Shown here: positions 63,412-64,000 of the stretch, one piece after another
Layout: each line of letters opens with the position of its first letter
Position numbering within the stretch: the stretch's first letter is position 1
Source of the DNA: Waterburya sp.
GTDB taxonomy: Bacteria > Cyanobacteriota > Cyanobacteriia > Cyanobacteriales > Xenococcaceae
Length of the DNA: 64,000 bases
Assembly: GCA_965217895.1 (NCBI GenBank)
Contig: CBDCJV010000002.1
Location: 1,472,001 to 1,536,000 of the forward strand
Reading direction: 5' to 3'
Translations under genes and position numbers: made by a program
The notes under the pieces: model-generated
Databases searched by the model: none
What the model was told of the DNA's origin: nothing
Seen by the model: the letters and a program-made list of their open reading frames with translations, nothing else

Positions 63412-64000
63412 GTGACTTATCTTAAATCAGAAGCAGCAGATCAATCAAAATCTCAATCAGTGCGGGCGGTCAAAAAAATCCTTGATTTAGCCCAAGAGGC
63501 AGCCCAAAGACAAGATTGGCTAGAAGTTAGCAACTGTTTAAAAGAATTACCTCAAAGCCAAGCTAAACTATTGCTTTTAGAGTCGCTACAATGGCAAACA
63601 GCATTTGATTTGGCATTAGAAATGTTGCTCAAAGCCGATTTTCAACATAAGTGGGAAATCACCAAGCTATTGCCCAGTTTTGGAGAAGATTTAATTCCTC
63701 CTCTAGCCTCTTTGGTGCAAGATGAAACCATAGAAGCAGAGGTACGCTGGTTTATTTGCCAGATTTTAGGCAATTTCCCTAATCAAAAAGTAGTCTTGAC
63801 TTTAGTAGAATTACTCCAGCAAACCACCGATGAAGAGTTAATTGCGATCGCTGGGAAAACTTTAACTAAAATCGGCAATAGTGCCATTGATGCTTTAGTA
63901 AATCTTTACACTCAACCTCAATATCGTTGGTTAGCAGCGCAGTCTTTATACTACATCCGTACTGCCAAAACCATTGAACCTTTACTCAAAATTACTCAAG
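63412..64000 (+). CDS. HEAT-repeat (PBS lyase-like) protein, runs off the window end
   Basis: Open frame from GTG 63412: '..DFQHKWEITKLLPSFG..IPPL...EVRWFICQILG.F..VVLTLVELL...LTKIG..AIDAL'; absent from the ORF track. Confidence 0.8.
   Translation, partial: MTYLKSEAADQSKSQSVRAVKKILDLAQEAAQRQDWLEVSNCLKELPQSQAKLLLLESLQWQTAFDLALEMLLKADFQHKWEITKLLPSFGEDLIPPLASLVQDETIEAEVRWFICQILGNFPNQKVVLTLVELLQQTTDEELIAIAGKTLTKIGNSAIDALVNLYTQPQYRWLAAQSLYYIRTAKTIEPLLKITQ

Overview
Cyanobacterial chromosomal DNA. Evidence: dozens of HIP1 octamers (GCGATCGC) and the genes chlI, ndhS, crtH and plqA. It is AT-rich with Pleurocapsales-like heptamer repeats, but the taxon cannot be fixed from sequence alone. Most of the window is housekeeping or metabolic: chlI, mlaF/mlaD-type lipid transport, tRNA-His, acs, panD, ndk, rph, hisH, ygfZ, treZ-treY and others. 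Accessory content: (1) an AT-rich 1069-aa apparently chimeric protein (773-3982); (2) an AraC/SDR/tautomerase/aldo-keto reductase cassette next to an orphan hicB with a hicA stub; (3) a coupled two-gene unit encoding a multi-pass membrane protein and a 957-aa protein with alpha/beta-hydrolase and permuted-papain-like catalytic motifs; (4) a Wzx/Wzy-type polysaccharide cluster with a divergent secreted polysaccharide lyase; (5) a ~3-kb decayed island (39.3-42.4 kb) with IS1634 and IS630 remnants and four toxin-antitoxin modules, of which only a VapBC-type pair is intact. Intergenic regions hold many tiny nested mobile or palindromic repeats: an IS608-type miniature element, a MITE family, REP-like palindromes and inserts that split HIP1 sites. 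No CRISPR array or rRNA was seen. All family assignments come from motif recognition by eye; no database searches were run.
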